Shown here one piece after another: positions 29,781 to 38,702 of a DNA stretch of 64,000 nt. Source of the stretch: an uncultured Candidatus Saccharibacteria bacterium (GTDB lineage: Bacteria; Patescibacteriota; Minisyncoccia; Phycocordibacterales; UBA5272). Both the position numbers and the translations under genes were made by a program. The DNA lies in contig CAZIHL010000002.1 of assembly GCA_964538815.1 (NCBI GenBank), forward strand, positions 570 to 64,569, read 5' to 3'. The notes under the pieces were generated by a model, which had not been told where the DNA came from, did not search any database, and saw nothing but the letters and a program-made list of their open reading frames with translations. Positions within the stretch are counted from its first letter, which is position 1; each line of letters begins with the position of its first letter.

Positions 29781-30782
29781 TCAACATATTTCAGCTAATA
29801 TTTTTGCAAAAAATTTTGGATAAACCGATTCTTCATTTAATAATACACCATCCACACCACCATTTTCTAGTATTTCTTTAATATTTGTATTATCTATTCT
29901 TCCTCCGTATATTATCCTAACTTTTTTAGCATTATCAATTCCAAACATATTAGCGATTGTCCTTCTTATTACTATAATTTTTTCTTGACAATCATCAATA
30001 TCTGTTTTATCTATATTTGTCATACTTTTTACTGTTTCATAACAAATAATCAAATTATTAAATAAATTATAATGAATATTTTTAATTATTTTTTTTATAA
30101 AATCTATAAATGATTCTAAATCTTCTTCTGTATTTTGTAATACTAATACTACAGACATATTATTATTTAAAGAGGTTTTTACTTTTTCTTCTAATATTTG
30201 AAGCTCTTTATTGTATAGTTTTTTCAAAAGAGTTATCTCCTCTTTTGTTTCAATATTTTCCCCTGACTTTTTCTCATTATTTATTTCAGGAACTTTTTTA
30301 CTAATACTATTTAATCTTTGAAGTAAAATATCATTTGCGGTATTTTCTTCTTTCTTTTTTATTTTTTCATTTTTAGATTCTATATTTTCTGGTTCAAGTT
30401 TTGGTATAGTAATTTGGGAGGTTGCATATTCATCATTTAAAATTACAAATTTTGCTCCCACACTTTTGATTTGAGAGAAAGTTATTTGATTATTTTTATT
30501 TGTTTTTTCTATTTCATCAAAATTCTGAGCCCCAACAATAATATTCTTTAAATTTTTATTTGCTTTTATAAAATCTTGGATAGGATAGATAAAAGGAGAT
30601 GGAAGTGATAAGTAAAAAGATAAATCTTTTTTAGCTGGCTTTCTTTTTAAAGCTTTATTCTTAGCTTTTAGAAGAGTTCCATATTCTTTATCTATATTTT
30701 TTAAAATATTCTTAGCTTCTAGTATGTCAGAAACATTCCCTCTCCAGTTAGCAATAATGATAGGTGTTTTACTTTTACTCAT
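29781..30782 (-). CDS. Triosephosphate-isomerase-like protein, probably catalytically inactive
   Basis: ANWRGN, GAQN, CYE, IIYGG and DGVLL framework present. Catalytic Lys is replaced by Arg, GHSERR is absent, and there is a long charged insertion. Confidence 0.75.
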   Translation of the reverse strand: MSKSKTPIIIANWRGNVSDILEAKNILKNIDKEYGTLLKAKNKALKRKPAKKDLSFYLSLPSPFIYPIQDFIKANKNLKNIIVGAQNFDEIEKTNKNNQITFSQIKSVGAKFVILNDEYATSQITIPKLEPENIESKNEKIKKKEENTANDILLQRLNSISKKVPEINNEKKSGENIETKEEITLLKKLYNKELQILEEKVKTSLNNNMSVVLVLQNTEEDLESFIDFIKKIIKNIHYNLFNNLIICYETVKSMTNIDKTDIDDCQEKIIVIRRTIANMFGIDNAKKVRIIYGGRIDNTNIKEILENGGVDGVLLNEESVYPKFFAKILAEIC

Positions 30783-30824
30783 AAAATCATTTTAACATAG
30801 ATATTTTTGGTAAATGTAAATAAA

Positions 30825-30851
30825 TTGTCCCGCGCCGAAGGCGCGGGACAA
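30825..30851. repeat. CC-GAA-GG palindrome (12-bp stem)
   Basis: ttgtcccgcgcc-gaa-ggcgcgggacaa. Confidence 0.85.
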
Positions 30852-30905
30852 AAATAAAACCACTCTTTATTTTTAGAATGGTTTTTGGTTTAAGAATAAA
30901 ATTAA

Positions 30906-31301
30906 TTAAGCAACTTTTTCCCCTACTGACATGATAAAATCATTGTAATCTTTCAAATTGTTCTTAATCTGAATAAAACTTTTTTTGAAATTGGCTGATA
31001 GCTCATCCATACGTCTACGTATTTCTAGCAACACCTCTTCAGGTGTATTAATGGAATCATCTTTGTCAATTGTATATTCAAAGCTTTCAGTAATATTCAA
31101 ATACACAAAACAGTTTTTCCAACCTTTTTCGCCAGTTATTTCATAGAAAAAATTAAAAGCAACTGTTTCTTTCTTATTTTGATAAAAAATAGATGCTATA
31201 GCACTTGTGCTAAGTGGGTTAATATCTATATCGTTTCCACACGGGAAAAGAAAAGGGTCTCTTACGCAAATTTCTTTAATAAAGAAAGTTTTTTGGGTCA
31301 T
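30906..31301 (-). CDS. Orphan hypothetical protein
   Basis: 131-aa ORF with a near-consensus promoter upstream. Confidence 0.55.
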   Translation of the reverse strand: MTQKTFFIKEICVRDPFLFPCGNDIDINPLSTSAIASIFYQNKKETVAFNFFYEITGEKGWKNCFVYLNITESFEYTIDKDDSINTPEEVLLEIRRRMDELSANFKKSFIQIKNNLKDYNDFIMSVGEKVA

Positions 31302-31419
31302 TTTGTTAAATTTAAAAGGTTTTAAAATAAATATATTTATATATAGAGTTAATTATTTTAGAAAGTTTTAAATTCGTTCTTAATTTTATTGAAAAAGAAC
31401 AAATCATATATCTATATAT

Positions 31420-31448
31420 AGTATAGCATAGTGAGTTTTGTTTGTCAA
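31420..31448 (-). promoter_or_regulatory. sigma70-type promoter
   Basis: TTGACA-17 nt-TATACT with TG extension on the minus strand. Confidence 0.7.
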
Positions 31449-31581
31449 GGGGTGGAGAGGTGGTTTTGGGGAGGAATTTTAGGGGGCGGCACGAAGCGCC
31501 GGCCCAGTATTTTTAAATTTCTTAAATTTTTGACTTTTTATTTTTTGTGTGATAACATATAAGTATTATTAAGGGTGTTAT

Positions 31582-31630
31582 AAGTGTGGGGCTAGGTCGA
31601 GCGGTTGCTCGATTTTTTCTTTCACTTTTT
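31582..31630 (+). promoter_or_regulatory. nusA leader hairpin (attenuator-like)
   Basis: aagtg...cactt flanks a gtcgagc-ggtt-gctcgat hairpin, followed by a U-run, upstream of nusA. Confidence 0.45.
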
Positions 31631-31652
31631 ATTATTTATTATTTTAATTATT

Positions 31653-32960
31653 ATGTTAGATGTAAAAGCATTAAACGTAGCTTTAGACACACTAGAGCAA
31701 GAAAAAAGAGTGCCTCGCGAGAAGATTATTGACGCTGTTGAGAAATCTCTCGCTGCAGCTTACCAAAAAGAATACGGTAAAAAAGGTCAACTTATAAAAT
31801 GTAATATTAATTTTGAAACAGGAGAAACAACTTTTGAGCAAATTAAAATTGTAGTTGATGAGTCTACTGTTCGTATGATTGATGAAGAAGAGGAAGAGAG
31901 AGAAAGATTGGAAAGAGAAGAAAATTCTACTAGCGAAGAAGTTATATTACTTCCAAGATACAATGAAGAAAAGCATATTCTTATTTCAACAGCAAGACTT
32001 TTAAAGAAAAATGCTGAACTGGGAGATGAAATTTCATTTTCACTTGAAAATAAAAATGATTTTGGGCGTATTGCAGCACAAACAGCAAAGCAAGTTATTG
32101 TACAAAAGATTCGTGAAGCAGAAAATGAATCAATAGCTGACGAATTTGAAACAAAAGAAGGAAGTATTGTTTCTGGAGTTGTACAAAGAATTGAAAGAGG
32201 AAATATCTTTGTGGATCTTGGTAGAACTACAGCAGTATTACCTTTTGATGAACAAATTAGAAGTGACAGATTTCATCCAGGACAAAGAATTAAAGCATAC
32301 CTTTACTCGCTTGAAGAAGGAAATAGAGGTCTTTCAATTCGTTTATCTCGCACCCATCCAAAATTTTTAATAGAATTATTTAAAATCGAATCATCGGAAA
32401 TTGCTGAAGGTGTTGTAGAAATTGTATCTGTTGCGCGTGAACCAGGCGGAAGAAGTAAAATCGCGGTAAAAAGTAATGATTCTAGAGTTGATCCAATAGG
32501 GGCATGTGTTGGACAGCGTGGAGTTCGAGTAAATACTATCACTAATGAGCTTGGCGGTGAAAAGATAGATATTATTGAATGGAGTGATGATATTAGAAGA
32601 AATATTGCGTCATCTCTATCTCCTGCAAAAGTTATTGAAATAGAAATTGACGAAGAAGAAAAGAAAGCTAAAGTTAAGGTTTCATCAGAAGAACAATCTC
32701 TCGCTATTGGTCGTGGTGGACAAAATGCGCGTCTCGCAGCAAAGCTTACAGGGTGGAAAATAGATATTGAAAGTGAAGGAGGTTTAATATTAGAAGCAAA
32801 TAATGAAGGGGTGATAGACAGAGATTCTCTAGAAGAGGATCCTCTAACTGAAATAGATACTATAGAAGAAGAAATAAAAGAAGAATTAGAAGAAAATGAA
32901 AATAAGTCAGAAGAAGATGTAAATCATTTAGCAGAAGGACAAAAAATAATAGAAGATTAA
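31653..32960 (+). CDS. nusA: Transcription termination/antitermination factor NusA
   Basis: FGRIAAQTAKQVI, AREPGGRSKIAV and AIGRGGQNARLA motifs; start set at MLDVK. Confidence 0.96.
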   Translation: MLDVKALNVALDTLEQEKRVPREKIIDAVEKSLAAAYQKEYGKKGQLIKCNINFETGETTFEQIKIVVDESTVRMIDEEEEERERLEREENSTSEEVILLPRYNEEKHILISTARLLKKNAELGDEISFSLENKNDFGRIAAQTAKQVIVQKIREAENESIADEFETKEGSIVSGVVQRIERGNIFVDLGRTTAVLPFDEQIRSDRFHPGQRIKAYLYSLEEGNRGLSIRLSRTHPKFLIELFKIESSEIAEGVVEIVSVAREPGGRSKIAVKSNDSRVDPIGACVGQRGVRVNTITNELGGEKIDIIEWSDDIRRNIASSLSPAKVIEIEIDEEEKKAKVKVSSEEQSLAIGRGGQNARLAAKLTGWKIDIESEGGLILEANNEGVIDRDSLEEDPLTEIDTIEEEIKEELEENENKSEEDVNHLAEGQKIIED

Positions 32961-32961
32961 T

Positions 32962-33492
32962 ATGACAAATATCATTTTAAATAAAATAACACCTCTTAAT
33001 TCTAGTAATACTATAAATGTATTTATAGAAATAGAAAAAGGATCTAAAAATAAATATGAGCTTGATAAAGAAACAGGTCTTATAAAATTAGATCGAGTAA
33101 TGTATACAACTCAAACTTATCCATTTGATTATGGATTTGTACCAAATACTCTTTGGAAAGATGGAGACCCTCTCGATGTTGTATTATTAACATCATATCC
33201 AATTCATTCAGGTGTACTTGTAGAAGCAAGACCTATTGCTTATATAGATATGGTTGATAACGGTGAGTCTGATGCTAAAGTTATTGCTGTGCCAGCATTT
33301 GATCCTCGTTTTGATGAAATGCAAGATTTAGAAGACATTAATCAACACACCATAGATGAAATTAATCATTTTTTTGAGACATATAAAATGCTTGAACATA
33401 AAACAGTTCAGATTCCAAATATTCACAATAAAGAAGAAACTTTTAAAATTATAAAAGAATCAATAGAATTATTTAAAAAAAATAATTATTAA
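32962..33492 (+). CDS. ppa: Family I inorganic pyrophosphatase
   Basis: KYELDK, YGFVP and DGDPLDV motifs. Confidence 0.95.
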   Translation: MTNIILNKITPLNSSNTINVFIEIEKGSKNKYELDKETGLIKLDRVMYTTQTYPFDYGFVPNTLWKDGDPLDVVLLTSYPIHSGVLVEARPIAYIDMVDNGESDAKVIAVPAFDPRFDEMQDLEDINQHTIDEINHFFETYKMLEHKTVQIPNIHNKEETFKIIKESIELFKKNNY

Positions 33493-33503
33493 AAACAGAA
33501 AAT

Positions 33504-34658
33504 ATGAAAGCAGAATTTGAAAAAATAGATAACGGTGAAATGAAAGCAAGTGTTTCATTAGATAAGAATGAATTTGAAAAATATAGAACAAATGGACTTA
33601 AAAAAGTTCAAGAATTTGTCCAAATTGATGGGTTTAGAAAGGGTAATGCTCCAGAAAATTTGATAGTACAAAAATATGGCGAAATGATTATTTTAGAAGA
33701 GATGGCACATTTAGCAATTAATGAAACTTATTACACCTCTATTATTAAAGAAAATGAGAATAGAAAAGAAAATGAAAAAATAGTACCAATAGGAGAACCA
33801 AAAATCAATATTACAAAAATAGGACAAGGTTCAGAGTTTGAATATAATGCTATTTTTCCTGTAATGCCAGAAATTAAACTTGCAAATTATAAGAAAATTT
33901 CTAAAGAAGTAGTTGATAATGTAGAAAAAGAAGCTGTAGAAGAATTAAGAAAAGATAATGACAAGGCTAATAAAGAAGATCTTTTAAATGTAAGCGACCA
34001 AGAAGTAATGGATGTTTTGGTAAGTCTCCAAAAAGGAAGGAATGCTGGAGCTCACGTACACGAAGACGGTACAGTTCACGCTGAAAGTGATGATGAAGAT
34101 ACTGCAAAAGTGAAGATAGAAACTAAAGAAGATTTACCACCTATTGATGATGCTTTTGCACAAAGTTTTGGAGAACATTTTAAAACCCTCGATGATTTAA
34201 AAAATAAAGTAAAAGAAAATCTAATCCTTGAGAAAAAAGCAAAATTAATAGAGAAAAAAAGAACATCTATTTTAGAAAAGCTTGTATCTGAAACTAAAAT
34301 AACCATTCCAGAAGCTTTGATTAAAGATGAACTTGAAAGAATGAAAGCTCAGATGAAAGCAGATGTAGAAAGATTTGGTTCTAAATGGGAAGAATATCTA
34401 GAACATCTTAAAAAGACGGAAGAAGAATTAAAAGAAGAATGGAAAGATGTAGCAAACAAAAGAGTTTCTTCACAATTGATTGTAAATGAGATTGCAAAAG
34501 AAGAAAAAGTTAAACCTACAAAAGAAGAAATCGATGTTGAAGCTATAAAAATTCTTTCTCAGATGCCAGAAGCAAATGAAAATCATGTAAATAATTATGT
34601 GGAACAAGTTCTTACAAATGAAAAGGTAATGAGAATTTTAGATGGAGAAGATAAATAA
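33504..34658 (+). CDS. tig: Trigger factor (lacks the FKBP PPIase domain)
   Basis: GFRKGNAP ribosome-binding loop; C-terminal SurA-like domain after LPPIDDAFA. Confidence 0.9.
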   Translation: MKAEFEKIDNGEMKASVSLDKNEFEKYRTNGLKKVQEFVQIDGFRKGNAPENLIVQKYGEMIILEEMAHLAINETYYTSIIKENENRKENEKIVPIGEPKINITKIGQGSEFEYNAIFPVMPEIKLANYKKISKEVVDNVEKEAVEELRKDNDKANKEDLLNVSDQEVMDVLVSLQKGRNAGAHVHEDGTVHAESDDEDTAKVKIETKEDLPPIDDAFAQSFGEHFKTLDDLKNKVKENLILEKKAKLIEKKRTSILEKLVSETKITIPEALIKDELERMKAQMKADVERFGSKWEEYLEHLKKTEEELKEEWKDVANKRVSSQLIVNEIAKEEKVKPTKEEIDVEAIKILSQMPEANENHVNNYVEQVLTNEKVMRILDGEDK

Positions 34659-34706
34659 TAAAATAAATATAAGCGGTGCCGAAGGCACCGCTTATATTTA
34701 TTTTAT
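34658..34706. repeat. CC-GAA-GG palindrome (23-bp stem); probable bidirectional terminator
   Basis: ataaaataaatataagcggtgcc-gaa-ggcaccgcttatatttattttat between convergent genes. Confidence 0.85.
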
Positions 34707-35218
34707 ATAATTACTTTTGTTTTTCTAAATTGTACCACTCTTTTTTTACTTACAGGTTTTTTTGCTGTACCAGCATTTGTTAATGCAGTTTTTATAGCAG
34801 TTATTTCTTTTTTATGATATTTGTTACAAATTTCACATTTACAATTATCAGAGTGTCCCAATTTTTCAAGTTTTTGAGCTGCCTCATTACTTAACATTTT
34901 TCCACCTTTCCAAAATATATAATTTAAAGTTTCTATAGATTTTGTTTTTAATAAATCATTTTTTATATTTGTAAAAAACATATCTTTTGATAATTCACCT
35001 TTTCCTTGTTTATAAATTAGTATTTTTTTATTTAAATCATTAGTATTTTGATAAGCTTTAGAAAGTAATGCTATCTTTTTTATTTCATTTTTTTCCAGTT
35101 TAGCTTTTTCAAAAAGTAAATCAAATTTATCATCTTGTTTTTTTTCTATAGTTTTTTTAACTATTTTTTCAGCTGACTTTGGTAATTTATGTATTCCATA
35201 AAGAAAATGTTCTTTCAT
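34703..35218 (-). CDS. Lys-rich hypothetical protein with a CxCxxC motif
   Basis: 171-aa ORF containing HSDNCKCEIC. Confidence 0.55.
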   Translation of the reverse strand: MKEHFLYGIHKLPKSAEKIVKKTIEKKQDDKFDLLFEKAKLEKNEIKKIALLSKAYQNTNDLNKKILIYKQGKGELSKDMFFTNIKNDLLKTKSIETLNYIFWKGGKMLSNEAAQKLEKLGHSDNCKCEICNKYHKKEITAIKTALTNAGTAKKPVSKKRVVQFRKTKVII

Positions 35219-35274
35219 ATATTTATTTTATATATAAAAATTATAGCATAAAGTTTTTTAAAATATTTAAAAAA

Positions 35275-35997
35275 TTATTTTTCAATAAATTTAAATGCAG
35301 ATACTATAGCTGATGTTTCCGCCCTAAGTATATTTTTCCCAAAAGATGCTATTTTTAAATTATATTTTTTAAATAATTCTCTTTCTTCTTGTGTCCATCC
35401 ACCTTCTGGCCCAATAAAAATATATAATTTATTAGTATTGTTATTTATTTCTCTATTTTCTTTTTCAATAATATCTAAAACTATAACTTTTTTAATTTCC
35501 CCTTTCTTTTCAATATCTAGTAAAAATTCCTTTAATTTTTTTTCTTTATTTAATACTGGAACACTTCCCCATCCAGACTGCTCCGTAGCCTCCATTATTA
35601 GCCTCTCAGCCCTTTCTTTATTAAAGCTAGCAATATTCTTCTTTTCCACTCTGTCAGATATTATAGGTGTAAATTCTGACACTCCTATCTCAGTACATTT
35701 TTCTAGAACAAGATCTAGATTATCTTTTTTAAGCAAAGATACACATAAGTTTATTGTCATCTTTTCTTCTTTTTGTAAAAGGTTTATAGCCTTTTCTTTT
35801 AAAGAAAGTTTTACTTCTCTTTTTTTAATATCTTTAATGGTATATACATAGTCAAATTTCTCTTTACCGTTAAAGAGAATTAGATTTTCATCTATTTTAA
35901 ATTTGAGTACATTATTCCATTGATGTAATAATTGTTTTTCTTTTATTAAAACTTCTTCACCAAGAGGATTGTTTAAAAAGAATCTGTGTATCTTCAT
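35275..35997 (-). CDS. rsmE: 16S rRNA m3U1498 methyltransferase
   Basis: EKCTEIGV, EATEQS, FIGPEGGW and ILRAETSA motifs; start at MKIHRFF. Confidence 0.93.
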   Translation of the reverse strand: MKIHRFFLNNPLGEEVLIKEKQLLHQWNNVLKFKIDENLILFNGKEKFDYVYTIKDIKKREVKLSLKEKAINLLQKEEKMTINLCVSLLKKDNLDLVLEKCTEIGVSEFTPIISDRVEKKNIASFNKERAERLIMEATEQSGWGSVPVLNKEKKLKEFLLDIEKKGEIKKVIVLDIIEKENREINNNTNKLYIFIGPEGGWTQEERELFKKYNLKIASFGKNILRAETSAIVSAFKFIEK

Positions 35998-36029
35998 AAA
36001 AGTATGAATTAAAAATAATTTACAAGAAA

Positions 36030-36500
36030 CAATACGACATTGCAAATATTTAAAAAGACAATATTTTTCAATGTCATTTTATGATAAAAAATTTATAAAG
36101 GACATAAAATAAAAGAGACATAAAGGACAAATTATAAAAATAATTTATAAAGGACAGTTATCCACAATCATTTATTAAAAACATATTGCAAATATTTTTA
36201 TGTCCTTTATAATAAGTACAGGGTGAGCAGCTTAGGATAAAAGCACTACCCGGCTTACGGGAAAAATATAAATAATATCCTCGCAAGCTGGTCTCACTAA
36301 ATAGTTCATTACAATAGCAACGCATTAGTTGCAAATAATAAATAATAGCCCAAAAACTTATATATTTGTCCTTTATAAAATTTAAAAGGACAGACTCGTC
36401 TTTTAAAAATATTATTAAAGATTTAAAAGGCATATTATTAACTTGTGAAAGTTAATAAAAATTTATCTCAAATACCAGAGAGATAAACTATAAGGACGAC
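36030..36500. repeat. Cluster of AAAGGACA/TGTCNTTT motifs with a perfect DnaA box
   Basis: Roughly ten motif copies in both orientations; TTATCCACA at 36158-36166. Confidence 0.65.
36222..36298 (+). ncRNA. Candidate structured RNA (unknown family)
   Basis: Nested stems ggtgag/ctcact, cagctt/aagctg, aggata/tatcct and cccg/cggg around an A-rich bubble. Confidence 0.4.
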
Positions 36501-36530
36501 ACCTTTAAAACAGTCAAAATTATTTTTCGT

Positions 36531-36658
36531 GTCCAGTGATCTGCATATGAGGGAATGTAGCTCGCTGGACATGAGACAACCCCTCTAAAATTCCCCAATC
36601 TCATGTTCAGGTCAGGTAGAGCCTTTGCTCCCGCTGATAATATTATGGGGAGTTTTTT
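36531..36658 (+). ncRNA. Candidate structured RNA with alternative folds and a terminator-like 3' end
   Basis: GC-rich island; stems gtccagtga/tcgctggac and ctggacatgaga/tctcatgttcag; ctccc/gggag followed by a U-run. Confidence 0.45.
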
Positions 36659-36730
36659 ATTTCTAAAATTTAATAAAGAAATATAAAAAACGCTTGTAAA
36701 ACAAGCGTTTTTGTTTTTGGTGGTTATTTT

Positions 36731-37315
36731 TTAATGTGTGGAAGCATATTTTGAGACTTTTTTTGGATCAGGATCTCTGAAAATAAATCTTTCAAGATTC
36801 TTCCTAACACTTTCTGCAACTTTTTCTGACATACTTGCATCTAAATTCATATTCAAAGCTAAATGTTCATAAATGATTTTAGCAAGCTCAGAGCATTTTT
36901 CTTGGTCTAACGCTTCATAAAATTCTTCTTCTTGAGATTTTATACTCATTTCAAGATAAATTTTCATGTTTTTGTGCTCTACACCTATTTTTTTATAAGC
37001 TTTTTTAATTTTAATATATTCATTAATTAATGAATATATTAAATAAGGAAGACAGAAAAATGTAAAAAAACTAAAAGAAATATAAAAAATCTCTCTTTTT
37101 GTTTCAATTAATTCATAATATGAAAAATAAGAAGCAAAAGAAGAGATGATCAATAATATTAAATAAAATTTAAAAGAAATAAATATTGTTTCTCTTCTTT
37201 TTTTTAGACTTTTTAGTATCTCTGATTTCTTAATATAAGAAGTCTCGGAGAGCCTACTCGTTAAAATTTCGTCTTTAGAGTTTTTTATTAAACTCAAATA
37301 AGTATCTTTTTCCAT
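36731..37315 (-). CDS. Two-TM orphan membrane protein
   Basis: Start at MEKDTY; TTGACA-17-TATTCT promoter upstream. Confidence 0.6.
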   Translation of the reverse strand: MEKDTYLSLIKNSKDEILTSRLSETSYIKKSEILKSLKKRRETIFISFKFYLILLIISSFASYFSYYELIETKREIFYISFSFFTFFCLPYLIYSLINEYIKIKKAYKKIGVEHKNMKIYLEMSIKSQEEEFYEALDQEKCSELAKIIYEHLALNMNLDASMSEKVAESVRKNLERFIFRDPDPKKVSKYASTH

Positions 37316-37554
37316 TTTTTTATTTTTTTTGTTGGTTAAAGAATTAAATTTGCTTATAAAAGAATACAAAAAGATGAGATTTTTGTCAAGTTGTGTTTTT
37401 TATTAAAATAGTCTTATAATATAAGGGTATTCTTAGAATTCGTTTTTAAAATCAAAAAATGAATTAAAAGAATGTGCACATATTAATAATAATTTTAAAA
37501 TATTCCTAGGAAAATATTTTAAATTTTAAAAACAATTTTAAATTAAATAAAAAT

Positions 37555-37827
37555 ATGAATAAAGTAGCACTCGCAGAAGAAATAAATAAAGTATTAAACA
37601 CCTCAAAAGCAGAAGCTGAAAGAGTGGTAGAAGCTTTATTTGATTCTATAGCACACGCTCTTAAAAAAGGAGAAGAAGTATCAGTGGCTGGATTTGGTAA
37701 GTTTTCTGTAAAAATGAGAAAGGCTCGCGAAGCGAGAAATCCAAAGACTGGTGAGACTGTTAAAGTTCCAGCATCAAAAGCTGTGAAGTTTTCAGTTGCT
37801 AAAGCCCTTAAAGAGTCTGTAAAGTAA
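37555..37827 (+). CDS. hup: HU/IHF-family DNA-binding protein
   Basis: MNKVAL, GFGKF and ARNPKTGE motifs. Confidence 0.95.
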   Translation: MNKVALAEEINKVLNTSKAEAERVVEALFDSIAHALKKGEEVSVAGFGKFSVKMRKAREARNPKTGETVKVPASKAVKFSVAKALKESVK

Positions 37828-37843
37828 TCTTACTTTGGTTTTT

Positions 37844-37884
37844 AAATAAAATGCCCCACGCCGAAGGCGTGGGGCATTTTATTT
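37844..37884. repeat. CC-GAA-GG palindrome (19-bp stem); probable hup terminator
   Basis: aaataaaatgccccacgcc-gaa-ggcgtggggcattttattt. Confidence 0.85.
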
Positions 37885-38050
37885 TTCATGTGAAATTTTC
37901 ATATAAAACACAAAATTCTCTTTTAATTATTATATTTATTATTTCTCCCCTTTGTGATATAGTATCAAAATACTGAAAGATCGAATTACTGTAAATGGTT
38001 GATATGATAAAAATCCTTTATTAAATTTTATTTTTGAAACTTAAAACAAT

Positions 38051-38635
38051 ATGTTAATACCGACTGTATTAGAAAAAACCCAAAATGGTGAAAGAGCTTA
38101 TGATATTTATTCTCGTCTATTAAAAGAAAGAATTATATTTCTTCATGATCAAGTAAATCATCAAACAGCCTCTATAGTAATTGCACAATTACTATTTTTA
38201 GAAGCAGAAGATCCAAAAAAAGATATTACTATGTATATAAATTCTCCAGGCGGAGAAATTCAATCAGGGCTTGCTATTATTGACGCTATAAATCATCTTA
38301 AATGCGATGTTTCTACAATTTGTACAGGTATGGCGGCTTCAATGGGTGCAATGATACTTTCACAAGGAACAAAAGGCAAAAGATTTGCTCTTCCAAATTC
38401 TGAAGTTATGATTCATCAGCCTTTATCAGGAATTGAAGGACAGGCTTCTGATATTGAAATCACAGCAAAACATATTTTAAAATTAAAAGAAAAGCTTTAT
38501 AAAATGCTTTCAGAATCTACAGGTAAATCTTTTGAGCAGGTTCAAAAAGATGGTGACAGAGATTTCTGGATGGATGCAAATGAAGCAAAAAAATACGGTA
38601 TTATCGATGAAGTTTTAAAACCTAAGAAAAAATAA
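38051..38635 (+). CDS. clpP: ATP-dependent Clp protease proteolytic subunit
   Basis: [23 protein letters not shown] and MIHQP motifs. Confidence 0.97.
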   Translation: MLIPTVLEKTQNGERAYDIYSRLLKERIIFLHDQVNHQTASIVIAQLLFLEAEDPKKDITMYINSPGGEIQSGLAIIDAINHLKCDVSTICTGMAASMGAMILSQGTKGKRFALPNSEVMIHQPLSGIEGQASDIEITAKHILKLKEKLYKMLSESTGKSFEQVQKDGDRDFWMDANEAKKYGIIDEVLKPKKK

Positions 38636-38655
38636 ATAAGTAATTGTTTATTTAA

Positions 38656-38690
38656 GTGCTCGGGCTGCACCGAAGGTGCAGCCCGAGCAC
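38656..38690. repeat. CC-GAA-GG palindrome (16-bp stem) without a U-tract
   Basis: gtgctcgggctgcacc-gaa-ggtgcagcccgagcac between co-directional clpP and rny. Confidence 0.85.
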
Positions 38691-38702
38691 AAATCTAAAT
38701 TT

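Noticed and set aside
36200-36660. Possible tmRNA
   Set aside because: No tRNA-Ala-like ends (GGGG..TTCGAC / GTTCGA..CCACCA) and no plausible tag ORF on either strand.
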